From a virus (Duplodnaviria > Caudoviricetes): DNA of 61,998 nucleotides. The translations under genes and the position numbers were made by a program. The DNA lies in the IMG/VR virus record IMGVR_UViG_3300033233_000039, positions 1-61,998 of that record. The stretch is one strand, 5' to 3'. This document shows positions 30,043 through 39,922 of this stretch, in pieces. Position 1 is the stretch's first letter, and each line of letters begins with the position of its first letter. A model generated the notes under the pieces. It was not told where the DNA came from. It ran no database searches and was given only the letters and a program-made list of their open reading frames with translations.

Positions 30043-30999
30043 ATGAAAGTACTTCGTGAATACAATTACATAAGAGAAGAGAAGAACAAACAAACTAAAA
30101 AGGTTGTTATATTAACCATGAGAGATTATGAATCTCCAGGCAACCTATCATCTACAGTTGCTGTAGTTGCCAAGGAGCTAAAGAAACGAAGCATTGATCA
30201 TTATATTCTCTTCGTTGAGAATGCTTTGGTGGAGGTAGATAATGGCACTATTAAGTGTTATAACGTTGATGATCATAAAGGATATGAAATCAACAAGAAT
30301 GATACCGTTGTATTGAATCGTATTACTACCAGTGAGACACTAGGTGGTATTGGTATTGTTTCTCAACTAGAGAAAAATGGATTCAATGTTGTCAACAGTC
30401 GAGATTGTGTTGAGACATGTGCTGATAAATATAGAACTGTTTTGAGACTTGCTGAAAATGGTATAACTGTTCCTAAGACTATTCTTATTCAAGATGAAGA
30501 TGTTCTTGATAGGGTTATTGGTGGTCTTAGCTTTCCTATCGTTGTTAAAACACTCACTGGCTCAGAGGGTGTTGGTGTGTTCATATCTGAGTCAAAGATG
30601 AATCTCAAGAGCGTTCTACAGGCTGTTTGGAAGCTCAGAGAAGGCACTGAGGTCATTCTTCAGAACTTCATTGAAACTGATGGTGATATCAGAGCATTCT
30701 TCATTGATGGTGAATATACAGCTTCTATGAAGAGAATCAAAATCAAAGATGACTTTAGAAGTAACTTCTCACTTGGTGGGGATACCGAAAAATATACTTT
30801 AACACCCGAACAGATTCAGATTTGTAAAAAATGTTGTAAAATAGTTGGTGGAAGCATTTTAGGTATTGACATGATGATCGCAAAAGACGACACTGTATTT
30901 GTTATCGAGGTTAATAGCTCTCCAGGTACTACTGGTATTATGAAAACCAGTGGTGTTAATGTTGCTGGTAAAATGATTGACTACCTTATGACTCTATAA
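30043..30999 (+). CDS. RimK-family ATP-grasp ligase
   Basis: DKYRT, P.VVK...GS.GVGV, DIR, FRSN..LGG, GID, EVN.SPG. Confidence 0.85.
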   Translation: MKVLREYNYIREEKNKQTKKVVILTMRDYESPGNLSSTVAVVAKELKKRSIDHYILFVENALVEVDNGTIKCYNVDDHKGYEINKNDTVVLNRITTSETLGGIGIVSQLEKNGFNVVNSRDCVETCADKYRTVLRLAENGITVPKTILIQDEDVLDRVIGGLSFPIVVKTLTGSEGVGVFISESKMNLKSVLQAVWKLREGTEVILQNFIETDGDIRAFFIDGEYTASMKRIKIKDDFRSNFSLGGDTEKYTLTPEQIQICKKCCKIVGGSILGIDMMIAKDDTVFVIEVNSSPGTTGIMKTSGVNVAGKMIDYLMTL

Positions 31000-31014
31000 T
31001 TTATGAGGATAAAA

Positions 31015-31056
31015 ATGAAGAAATGTGTAATGTTGGTGGGTTGTCCAGGCTCGGGT
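31015..31056 (+). pseudogene. Orphaned original 5' end of P-loop kinase
   Basis: GAGG RBS; MKKCVMLVGCPGSG cut off just before the Walker A Lys. Confidence 0.7.
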
Positions 31057-31090
31057 ATTTTTTGTATAAATAGATATAAAGGAGATATCT

Positions 31091-32035
31091 ATGAATATAA
31101 ACAATACCAAAATATTAGTAACATGCGAGGAATGCGGAAAAGAAAGAGAATTGAGATACACTAAACATCCTTCCAAATTATGCAAAAAATGTAGTAATAC
31201 ATCAGTTCATAAAAATAAAATAGTTACTCCAGAAACCAGATTAAAACTATCAATATCACATACTGGTAAAGTTGCCTCAATAGAAACCAGATTAAAACTG
31301 TCGGAGCAACGACAAGGAGATAAAAACGGGTTTTATGGTAGAAAACACACAGAATCAGCTAAAAATAAAATATCAAAGCATAGTGCTCTATTATCGGAGT
31401 CTGGATATTTTCAATCTCAAGACTTTAGACATAAGGTATCTATAGGCACTATTAAGGGATTTGATAGAAAAGAAAGAGATACCGGAATTAGACAGAAATC
31501 AGTATATGATATATGGGTAGATAAATATGGGGCTGATATAGCAAACGATAAAGATGCTGATAGAAAAGCTAAATGGAGAAAATCATCTGCTGGTGAAAAT
31601 AATCCAATGTATGGTAAAATAGCACCAATAGGCTCTGGTAATGGTTGGTCTGGTTGGTATAGAGGAATATATTTTAGAAGCTTGTTGGAATTGAGTTACT
31701 TGATTTATATGATGGATCATGATATATTATTTGAAAGTGGAGAGTGTGTTCAACATAGAATAAAGTATGATGATAATAAGAACTATTATTGTGACTACTA
31801 TCTAGTGTTGCAGGAACAATATATTGAAATAAAACCATCTGCTTTACTATATACCGAGTCGAACTTAAAGAAGTTTAAAAGTGCTAAAGATAAGTTTGGC
31901 GATAAATTTGTTGTTTTGACCGAAAAAGAAATTGACAAAATATCAAACGATAGGATATTAGAAGAGTATAAATGCTGTAATATCATTTTTATTGATAGAT
32001 GGGATAAAAAATATAGAGAGAGGTATTTGAAGTGA
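31091..32035 (+). CDS. Homing endonuclease: NUMOD3 repeats plus TnsA-like PD-(D/E)xK nuclease
   Basis: ETRLKLS x2, NGFYGRKHT, NPMYGK, FRSLLE...YYCDY...IEIKP; TATAAATA at 31065. Confidence 0.75.
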   Translation: MNINNTKILVTCEECGKERELRYTKHPSKLCKKCSNTSVHKNKIVTPETRLKLSISHTGKVASIETRLKLSEQRQGDKNGFYGRKHTESAKNKISKHSALLSESGYFQSQDFRHKVSIGTIKGFDRKERDTGIRQKSVYDIWVDKYGADIANDKDADRKAKWRKSSAGENNPMYGKIAPIGSGNGWSGWYRGIYFRSLLELSYLIYMMDHDILFESGECVQHRIKYDDNKNYYCDYYLVLQEQYIEIKPSALLYTESNLKKFKSAKDKFGDKFVVLTEKEIDKISNDRILEEYKCCNIIFIDRWDKKYRERYLK

Positions 32036-32502
32036 AGAAAGTAATCCTAACGATAGGAATTTGCGGCTCTGGTAAAAGTTTTTATATCGATGAGCATTAC
32101 AAGGGATGTAAAGTAATATCTAATGATCATATTGTAGAAGAGTATGCTGCCGAGTATGGTATTAACTACTCTCAAGCATTCCATAGATTGGATAGAAAAA
32201 CTGTTGTTGATGAAGTTAACAAGAGACTTGACTATGCTATCAAAACTGAAGATGTTGTGATTATTGACAACACTCATATGAGTAAGAAGGTCAGGAATAA
32301 ATACCTTTGTAAGTTCAATAAAGAGTGGGAAAAGATTGCTGTCGTCTTTAAAGTAGCTGATGATGTACTTAAATCTAGGCTATCTAAGAGAGAAGCGGAA
32401 ACTGGTAAGCACATTCCTGAGAATGTTTTGTCTGATATGCTCAGAAGCTACCAAGAACCAGATGAAGATGAGTTTGATCAAGTAATTTATGTCACTGCTT
32501 AG
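32032..32502 (+). CDS. P-loop kinase (AAA_33/polynucleotide kinase-like)
   Basis: GICGSGKS, S.D, IDNTH...R, R...R, IP..V. Confidence 0.8.
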   Translation: MKKVILTIGICGSGKSFYIDEHYKGCKVISNDHIVEEYAAEYGINYSQAFHRLDRKTVVDEVNKRLDYAIKTEDVVIIDNTHMSKKVRNKYLCKFNKEWEKIAVVFKVADDVLKSRLSKREAETGKHIPENVLSDMLRSYQEPDEDEFDQVIYVTA

Positions 32503-32634
32503 AAAACTAAAACAATACATACACAATATAACAAAACCACCCGAAAAAGAGATATTAGAAGCTCATGCTTGCTTTCTTAACTCCGATGTAAATGGTAAAT
32601 GTTTTATATGTGGATTCCAGAGAGAATATAAACA

Positions 32635-33393
32635 ATGAAGTTTTGTGCTTATCTATTAAATGAATCGACGAATGATCTTCACCTAGTCAAGAAGTACTAT
32701 GATAAGTACAATACTTTGTACTTTGAGGGCAAACTTCCTAAGAACCTTCCTATAGCTGAAAGAAGTCTGAAGAACGCAGTTGCTCAAGTAGAAGCAACTG
32801 TATTAGCATCGACATATGATAGAAAGTTTTCCAACAAAATAGAGCCTGATAAAATAGATATCAAACAGTTAACCATTAGTAGTTCCTTTCTATTAAGTGA
32901 AGAGCAATTGCAAGGAATACTGCTACATGAGATGGTTCATATTAAGCTATTTACAGAGGGAATATTTCAAACTCATGGGTCTAATAAATCACATGGATTA
33001 GAATTCTTGGTGATGAGAAGAGAGTTACAGCAAAGAAGTGGTATTCATATTCCTACCACAGAAACCAGTATTGATCTAATTAGAGTTGGTAAAGGTAAAG
33101 AGAAGTATGGATTGATGTATAAGAGGATTAATGGTCCATATGGTGTTATGATGTTTAGTAGCAAACTATGGAGCACTAATAAAGATGGTGTTATGAGCTA
33201 CTTCTACGACTACTATCATGATTACATCTTAAAGCAATACGAAGAGATTTTCTTTTTCAAAACAACTGATCCAGCATTCGACGGATATCCTTCCTCAATC
33301 AAAATAAAGCCATATGGCATGAAATTCTATCTCGTTAAGAATGTAGATAGAGATAAAATAAAAGACTCAGATATTATAAGAATATTAAAATAA
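32635..33393 (+). CDS. SprT-like metalloprotease, putative internal head protein
   Basis: N...F.G.LP, LLHEMVH...HG..F; MKFCAYLLNE. Confidence 0.7.
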   Translation: MKFCAYLLNESTNDLHLVKKYYDKYNTLYFEGKLPKNLPIAERSLKNAVAQVEATVLASTYDRKFSNKIEPDKIDIKQLTISSSFLLSEEQLQGILLHEMVHIKLFTEGIFQTHGSNKSHGLEFLVMRRELQQRSGIHIPTTETSIDLIRVGKGKEKYGLMYKRINGPYGVMMFSSKLWSTNKDGVMSYFYDYYHDYILKQYEEIFFFKTTDPAFDGYPSSIKIKPYGMKFYLVKNVDRDKIKDSDIIRILK

Positions 33394-33397
33394 ACTC

Positions 33398-33450
33398 TTG
33401 CTTTATACTCTGAAAGTGGTATTCTGTATTTGTCATCAAGACAAAACAAC
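33398..33450 (+). promoter_or_regulatory. Sigma70-type early promoter with palindromic leader
   Basis: TTGCTT-16-TATTCT then TTTGTC-N5-GACAAA. Confidence 0.55.
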
Positions 33451-33468
33451 CACTAAGGAGATACTACA

Positions 33469-33696
33469 ATGCTTATTCAGAACTTCCCCATCAAGTCAAT
33501 GTCTCTTTCCAATGGAAAAACTTTCACTTACTCTGTAGTTAGTTACACCAAAGGTAAGAATGCTCTTCTCAAAGCGGGCTATGAATTGTGCGCCAATAAG
33601 AATTATCTGAAGAAAGATAAGGTTCTTTGTCACTACAACACCATCATGATGGTATGGAAGATTAATGATTCCTTCGATGGAAACAAGAATGTATGA
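33469..33696 (+). CDS. Hypothetical early protein
   Basis: AAGGAG RBS. Confidence 0.65.
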   Translation: MLIQNFPIKSMSLSNGKTFTYSVVSYTKGKNALLKAGYELCANKNYLKKDKVLCHYNTIMMVWKINDSFDGNKNV

Positions 33697-33875
33697 ACTA
33701 CTTCATTCCTAATCCCCTTGGTTGTTTACAGATCATGAAGTGCTCCAACATTGAACATGCTAAACAAGTTGCTAGATTTTTAAATCCTATGCATTCATGG
33801 GAAGCTGAGAAGCAAGTAGAACCAGCACCAAACCGAAAAGTCACTGCCAAAACCCCTTCTGATATTAATTGGTAA
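33693..33875 (+). CDS. Hypothetical protein
   Basis: ATGA overlap. Confidence 0.5.
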   Translation: MNYFIPNPLGCLQIMKCSNIEHAKQVARFLNPMHSWEAEKQVEPAPNRKVTAKTPSDINW

Positions 33876-33914
33876 TCTATAAATAGTGTTAACACACCAT
33901 CATAAAGTAATATC

Positions 33915-34979
33915 ATGAAATTCAAAAACTACTTAGTTGAAGCTGTTATGAGTGTTGAGCAAGCACTTAAAATATTTGGTCTTAATTCAGCCGATATTGG
34001 AAAGGATGCTAACATACTAAAGCAGAAGTATAAGCAACTCAGCTTGATTAACCATCCTGATCGTGGTGGTTCTAATGATAAGATGGCTGAATTGAATAAT
34101 GCATATGAACTACTTGGTAAAGCTAAGTTTAGTTCTACTGGCCATTCTGGAGTTAAAGGATTCGATCGGGAAGAAAGCTATAGACGATATAGAGAAGTTG
34201 GTGCTGCTGTAAAGCTTCAGATACTTGCTAAGTTTAAGCCAGAAGCATTCATAAAACACTTTGAATCACTTGATCCAGCAGGACGTAAATATCACTTCAC
34301 ACTGAAGGATTCCTTTCCTAAAGAAAAAGATAGAAGTCCTTATAGTGCTGGATTCTCTGGAGAGTTCTCCACACAAGATAGAGATACCATTTTTGAATTT
34401 AATGTATCTGCCAATCTAACCAATGTTATTCATGGAAATGATGGAAAACTTGGATATGGTGATATTAGTTACACTCTCTATGTGACAGCATATGGTGTTC
34501 ATGGATCAAAGAGACAAAAACTAGCTCAACAGGACTACAAATCCACAAAAGATCATGCATCGCTTTACAAACCTGAAATGTCTTATCCCAAAGCAAAGTT
34601 AGATAAAATCTTCTCTGGTTCCACGAATGATCGTAAGTTCTCTAAAAGAGATATGCTTGCTGTTTTAAAGAGTAAGCTTCATGCTGATGTTATAGACAGC
34701 AAAGAAGCAAATATTCCATTGAAGGATGATTATAAATTGTCCATCTATCGTATTACATTCATGGGTACTGCAATGTGGGGTATGCATGGATTGTATAAGA
34801 AATATAAAAAGATCAACGGTGGTCCTGTTATGTCTCTTCCAGAAACCGAAGAGATTGTTAAGTGGTTGGAGCACCTAACTAAGTTAATGAAAGCTGCTAA
34901 AGACGAAGACGAGATGAGTGATATACTAACCAAAGAGTGCGAACACAAGAATAAAGAAATTCGTTCATCTAGGGGTTAG
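33915..34979 (+). CDS. J-domain (DnaJ-like) protein, putative internal head protein
   Basis: LKQKYKQLSLINHPDRGG...LNNAYELL; MKFKNYLVE; TATAAATA at 33878. Confidence 0.75.
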   Translation: MKFKNYLVEAVMSVEQALKIFGLNSADIGKDANILKQKYKQLSLINHPDRGGSNDKMAELNNAYELLGKAKFSSTGHSGVKGFDREESYRRYREVGAAVKLQILAKFKPEAFIKHFESLDPAGRKYHFTLKDSFPKEKDRSPYSAGFSGEFSTQDRDTIFEFNVSANLTNVIHGNDGKLGYGDISYTLYVTAYGVHGSKRQKLAQQDYKSTKDHASLYKPEMSYPKAKLDKIFSGSTNDRKFSKRDMLAVLKSKLHADVIDSKEANIPLKDDYKLSIYRITFMGTAMWGMHGLYKKYKKINGGPVMSLPETEEIVKWLEHLTKLMKAAKDEDEMSDILTKECEHKNKEIRSSRG

Positions 34980-34981
34980 AA

Positions 34982-35449
34982 ATGAGATTAAAACAATTTA
35001 TGGATGAAGTTTCGGCACAGTTTCAACTGAGGGGAATAATTAATGAAATTGGAAACACTGCTGAGTTTACACCAGTAGTTTCCAAAACAACTCATTATGC
35101 TGCTGAATATGCTCTCAAATATACAATTAAAGATATTGTTTATATATTCTCCGCTAAGAATTATAATGGTGATTGGTCTATTGCGTGGGAAAGAGAAGAT
35201 CATCCCGGAAAGTTTGAACCAATTAATACCAATGAATACTCTGGTGAAGCATTAACAGGATTATTAAAATGCATTACTGTACTAATTCATGAAAAAAATA
35301 TAAAAAGTTTTGTTTTTAATAGCTATGATCAACGACTAAAGAGATTTTATAGTAAGTTTATTCAGTATTTCGAAAGAGAAACGGGATTCAAATTGCAAAA
35401 TATATTAGACCTTCCACATGGTGGTGTATCATGGAGATATGTTAAATGA
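34982..35449 (+). CDS. Putative internal head protein
   Basis: MRLKQFMDE; resembles 45803 ORF. Confidence 0.55.
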   Translation: MRLKQFMDEVSAQFQLRGIINEIGNTAEFTPVVSKTTHYAAEYALKYTIKDIVYIFSAKNYNGDWSIAWEREDHPGKFEPINTNEYSGEALTGLLKCITVLIHEKNIKSFVFNSYDQRLKRFYSKFIQYFERETGFKLQNILDLPHGGVSWRYVK

Positions 35450-36264
35450 AATTCCTATCATACCTAAGAGAATCATCTGATATCAAAAAGCTAACTGATT
35501 CGTTGCTGAATTGGAAGGATGATGATGAGCATATGGAACAGCTTGAAAAGTTCCTTGCTCTTTTTTCATTTTCAGGCAAAGCACCTAGAGGATTCGTCAA
35601 AGAGTTTAATGATCTAAAGATGCTAAAAAGCAAAGTTGCTATATGGTATGAGTATGGTGCTGGTGTTGGAATACCTCAACCAATTGGAGCCACTCTGTCA
35701 TATTGGAATCAAGCAACCATTGATAGAATTATAGATGGATTTCTCACCAAGGATAAGAAGGTTGAAGAGATATCATATGGTAATATAACATTCAAGAATC
35801 AATCTAGCATGGCTGAGAGTAGGTTCATTGAGTCCTCAAAATCAATAGATTCATTACTCAAAAGATTTCATGGAGAATATGCTAAAGCACTAAAAGGAAC
35901 TGTTACTATTATCTTCAAAGCAGCTAAAGATATGAAATCCAAAGCTGTCTATAAAAGTCAGTTAGATCAAATATGGGTTAAAGAATCTCCCAATATTGCT
36001 AAGGATGTTCACAATGAAAAATATGCTTACCTGTCATACATCATTGTACACGAATTACTACATCGATATGAAAGGTTTTATGGAAGACCATCGGGATATA
36101 ACAGTCGAGAATTCTTTACAACTGATTATTCACGAAAAGATACAATGTCTGGAGGTGAAGATTTTGCTGAAATTGGTGCATTATCTTTCTTTGGTCCTAG
36201 TGTACATCCTGACTACAATAAATGGCTTGTAGCTATAAATAGATTCAAAAGCATATTCAAGTAA
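35446..36264 (+). CDS. Zincin-like (HExxH) protein, putative internal head protein
   Basis: VHELLH...TDYS...EDFAE; MKFLSYLRE. Confidence 0.6.
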   Translation: MKFLSYLRESSDIKKLTDSLLNWKDDDEHMEQLEKFLALFSFSGKAPRGFVKEFNDLKMLKSKVAIWYEYGAGVGIPQPIGATLSYWNQATIDRIIDGFLTKDKKVEEISYGNITFKNQSSMAESRFIESSKSIDSLLKRFHGEYAKALKGTVTIIFKAAKDMKSKAVYKSQLDQIWVKESPNIAKDVHNEKYAYLSYIIVHELLHRYERFYGRPSGYNSREFFTTDYSRKDTMSGGEDFAEIGALSFFGPSVHPDYNKWLVAINRFKSIFK

Positions 36265-36286
36265 CTAAAGGATATCACTATGGTGG

Positions 36287-36568
36287 ATGACTATGGGACT
36301 TTGCAAACTTTTATCAAAAATTCTAACAAATTATTTCAGCTTTAAATGGAAAAATAAAGATAAAGCTTCAGAAGAGGCATTATCAATATATAAACATCAC
36401 AAAACACTAGATACTGCTTGTCAGGCAATAGCTAACGATGGAGAAAAAAAGAAGTACTTCTCTGGAGAAATGACCTGGAAAGAAATGGAGCCTTGGATGA
36501 AAGAGCTTCGAGATGAGATAAAGAAAACGTCATCTGATCCTGTTAGAGTATTTGGAATTAACCCATAG
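36287..36568 (+). CDS. Hypothetical protein
   Basis: ORF upstream of endolysin; TATAAATA at 36234. Confidence 0.5.
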   Translation: MTMGLCKLLSKILTNYFSFKWKNKDKASEEALSIYKHHKTLDTACQAIANDGEKKKYFSGEMTWKEMEPWMKELRDEIKKTSSDPVRVFGINP

Positions 36569-36575
36569 GTAATAT

Positions 36576-37022
36576 ATGAGAGAGATTAATCAGTTAGGTA
36601 TAGATTTAATAGAGAAGTTTGAGGGGTTTTACCCAAAACCATATTTATGTCCAGCCGGAGTGCCTACTATTGGTATAGGAAGCACATTTTACGAAGATGG
36701 CACAAAGGTAACTCTTAATGATCCTGAGATTACAAAAGAAAGAGCATATCAATTAGTATCACATGAATTATCCAAAATTGGTATCGCTATAGATAAACTA
36801 GTAGCTTTTGATATTAATGATAACCAATATTCATCTTTATTGTCTTTCTGCTATAACGTAGGTATAGGCAACTTCAAGTCATCTACACTATTAAAGCTTC
36901 TTAACTCTGGTGATTGCATTGGAGCATCAGAACAATTCATTAGATGGAATAAAGCTAATGGAAAACCATTAAATGGGTTAACCAAAAGACGTATTGCTGA
37001 AAAGGAACTGTTCTTGAAATGA
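36576..37022 (+). CDS. Endolysin, GH24 lysozyme
   Basis: FEG...PYLCPAGVPTIGIG, SFCYNVG, W.KA.G..L.GL..RR..E. Confidence 0.9.
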   Translation: MREINQLGIDLIEKFEGFYPKPYLCPAGVPTIGIGSTFYEDGTKVTLNDPEITKERAYQLVSHELSKIGIAIDKLVAFDINDNQYSSLLSFCYNVGIGNFKSSTLLKLLNSGDCIGASEQFIRWNKANGKPLNGLTKRRIAEKELFLK

Positions 37023-37993
37023 GCTTCATAACAAAAACAGATGATAACTTTTGGACTAATCATGCAGATAATCCCGAAGTTGGATATAATGGCCTTGGAT
37101 GGATATTTACCTATCCAGTTGATGTGTTATGGACCACTAAACATAATACTAATTATTTCACCAGTAATCCTGCATCACCAAGCACCATATATAGTTCTGG
37201 TGTATGGAAGAACAGTTATCCTGCTGGTTGCGATTGGTCAACAAAATTTGATAATTCGTTTTGGACTAATCACCCTAGTCATACTAACACATCATTTGAT
37301 TCAGGATATACACCTGTTGGTAATCCAATTGTAGGTATGAACTTTGACGGTGCTAATGGAGGTACTACCTTTACTGATACTTATGGACATACAATTACAA
37401 ATACTGGTTCTGTTACGACTAGCACAACTCAGAGTAAGTTTGGATCATCTAGTGTGTATTTCAATGGTTCTAACTATCTAACAATACCTGTCAGCCTTGG
37501 TTCGGGGGATTGGACTATTGAATTTTGGTATTACATGACAAACAGAGACACAAATGCATACAACACAGTTTTGTTGGACATCGGTAATAGTTACATGGGA
37601 ACATCTGGATTTATTGTTAGATATTATCCTTGGTTTGCGAGTAACGGAATAACTATTACTAATAATTCAGGAGGTGGTGTTAATCCAACTGCAACAGCAG
37701 TTAATGATATAAACTTTTGGAATCATATTGCTATTGTTAAGTCGATAAATGGTGTTAGGTTGTGTGTAAATGGAAATAGTTGGTCTGGATATTTATCAAA
37801 TCCAGTATCATTTGAATCACGTAATTCAATAAAACTAGGATATGGTTCTAGTTATTATCCATACCAACGACCATTCTACATGGATGATCTATTGATAACA
37901 CCAGGAACAGCAAAATATACAGGTAATTTCACACCACCAACTAGATCAATAACAAGTGGTGTTGTACAAGCTAATTGGAAGAACAGAAATTAA
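37019..37993 (+). CDS. Virion protein with LamG/ConA-like domain
   Basis: FDGANG.TTFTD, KFG.SS.YFNG, WTIEFW, WNHIAIV, YTGNFTPPT. Confidence 0.7.
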   Translation: MSFITKTDDNFWTNHADNPEVGYNGLGWIFTYPVDVLWTTKHNTNYFTSNPASPSTIYSSGVWKNSYPAGCDWSTKFDNSFWTNHPSHTNTSFDSGYTPVGNPIVGMNFDGANGGTTFTDTYGHTITNTGSVTTSTTQSKFGSSSVYFNGSNYLTIPVSLGSGDWTIEFWYYMTNRDTNAYNTVLLDIGNSYMGTSGFIVRYYPWFASNGITITNNSGGGVNPTATAVNDINFWNHIAIVKSINGVRLCVNGNSWSGYLSNPVSFESRNSIKLGYGSSYYPYQRPFYMDDLLITPGTAKYTGNFTPPTRSITSGVVQANWKNRN

Positions 37994-38204
37994 CGACTCT
38001 AACCCACTAACATATCCAGTATATGCTGATGGTAATGGTATAATCACTCGGGCTACACCGACATATTACGTACAACAACCATTCTCAGGGATTTATCGAA
38101 CAGTCACTTCATCCTTTCCTAGTATATTTCAAGTAGAGATTGATTATTACTGGTATTGGGAATTGGACAGGCATTACAGCCATGCTATAAGGAACTGCTA
38201 ATAA

Positions 38205-39911
38205 ATGAGCTTCATAACAAAGACAGATGATAACTTTTGGACTAATCATGTTGATCAACCTGAGACTGTATATAATGGACTAGGTTGGATATTTACATAT
38301 CCAGTTGATGTCTTATGGACTACTAAACATAATACTATCTATTTCACCAGTAATCCTGCATCACCAAGCACCATATATAGTTCTGGTGTATGGAAGAACA
38401 GTTATCCTGCTGGTTGTGATTGGTCTACTAAGTTTAATAACACGTTTTGGGCATCAAAACCATCTTCTAATACTTTATGGACTCCGTATTCAGAAAGTAA
38501 GTTATCACTATTCTCTGATCCTTGCAATGTAGGAACGGCATTCATTGGCAGAGTTTATGGTAACAGTTGCAATGGAACTATAACACCAGTTTCCGGTGCA
38601 GATAATTATCTAGCAGTTACGACTAATGTTGGATATGTTGAAAGTCCTTTGGAATATCAATCTTATGAGCTATTCAAAGCTGTTACTATACCGGATATAG
38701 TAGAAGTCACTGTTAAGTTTTCTGTTAATGGAATCCAACAATATTTTGATGAACAATATATACAAGTGTTCTTCACACCAACCTTATCGTTCTATGTATT
38801 TGGTGGTCGAAATGTATATCTGAAGTCTTACACAGATGTTCCTGTGGATATTGGAAATGGTTCTGTCGCAGTTCTTGGGCAGTTATCGCCAAGAACATAT
38901 AAATTTGTTATCAATAAGAACACAATGTTGTTTGACACTTATCTTGAAGGTGTTTTGATAGCAACTGGAACTGCTTGGGGTAAAGTTACTGTCGGAGCAA
39001 CACCTGGAATTGCGTTGGGTAGAAGTACAAACTACTGGAGAAGCGCACAGACGGCATATTGGTATGATGTTAAGATTGAAGACCCTGTTAACGTTTTGGT
39101 GACAAATACGAATTGGTCAAAGGGGTATAGATTGCTTTGTTGTGATAGTGGTGGAAATATATCTAAACAGTCTGGACTTAATGACACTGGATCACTCACA
39201 TGGTATGCAAAACCTAACAGTAGGTCTGACGGTGGATTATGTGTGTTGTCAGATGGTAGCATATTCATTGGTAGTGGAAGTGGTCAAGTTTTGAAGCAGA
39301 CTGCTGGGAGTGGTGGTTGGGTAAGTTTTGGTTTTGGTGGATATTTCGACATAAAGAGAGATGCAAGTAATAATGTCTATTTTCTATATAACACCATTTA
39401 TACACAGCCTTCAACAATATACAAACTATCGGGTGGTGTACTACCATTTGATTCGGGCTTCTCATCACCATCAAGCAATGCTGGTTGTATTGAGGTCACA
39501 TCTAATAACAACTTTTATATAGGAACTGGAAGACTAAAACCCAACACCAGTGGCGGTTATATATACAAACAAACTAATATGACTGGATCGTTTGTTCAAC
39601 AAGGGTCCACCGTTGCTAATTGGTTTAGCATATCAGAAAATCCACTAAATGGTGATGTATATGCTATTGGTAGAGGGTATGCAACTGGATATGTGAGTGC
39701 AGAAGGTTATATCTATAAACAAACAGGTGGTGTTGGTGCGTTTGTAAATATAGGATGGTCTTTGAGAAAATGGAGCGGAATCATTGTCGCACCAACAGGA
39801 GATTTATTCGCGTGTGATGAAACTTCAACGGTTTATAGATCAATTAGATGTGCTTCTGATCCGGCTGTGTTTCAAAATTATAACTGTACAACTTTTGCAA
39901 TATCTGAGTAA
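38205..39911 (+). CDS. Virion protein; N-terminus shared with 37019 ORF, beta-propeller-like C-terminus
   Basis: Near-identical first ~78 aa; YIYKQT.G.G.F repeats. Confidence 0.65.
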   Translation: MSFITKTDDNFWTNHVDQPETVYNGLGWIFTYPVDVLWTTKHNTIYFTSNPASPSTIYSSGVWKNSYPAGCDWSTKFNNTFWASKPSSNTLWTPYSESKLSLFSDPCNVGTAFIGRVYGNSCNGTITPVSGADNYLAVTTNVGYVESPLEYQSYELFKAVTIPDIVEVTVKFSVNGIQQYFDEQYIQVFFTPTLSFYVFGGRNVYLKSYTDVPVDIGNGSVAVLGQLSPRTYKFVINKNTMLFDTYLEGVLIATGTAWGKVTVGATPGIALGRSTNYWRSAQTAYWYDVKIEDPVNVLVTNTNWSKGYRLLCCDSGGNISKQSGLNDTGSLTWYAKPNSRSDGGLCVLSDGSIFIGSGSGQVLKQTAGSGGWVSFGFGGYFDIKRDASNNVYFLYNTIYTQPSTIYKLSGGVLPFDSGFSSPSSNAGCIEVTSNNNFYIGTGRLKPNTSGGYIYKQTNMTGSFVQQGSTVANWFSISENPLNGDVYAIGRGYATGYVSAEGYIYKQTGGVGAFVNIGWSLRKWSGIIVAPTGDLFACDETSTVYRSIRCASDPAVFQNYNCTTFAISE

Positions 39912-39922
39912 GGAAATATAAC

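Noticed and set aside
37019-38450. Diversity-generating retroelement TR/VR pair
   Set aside because: No reverse transcriptase in the window; both copies are 5' coding regions and the differences are not adenine-specific
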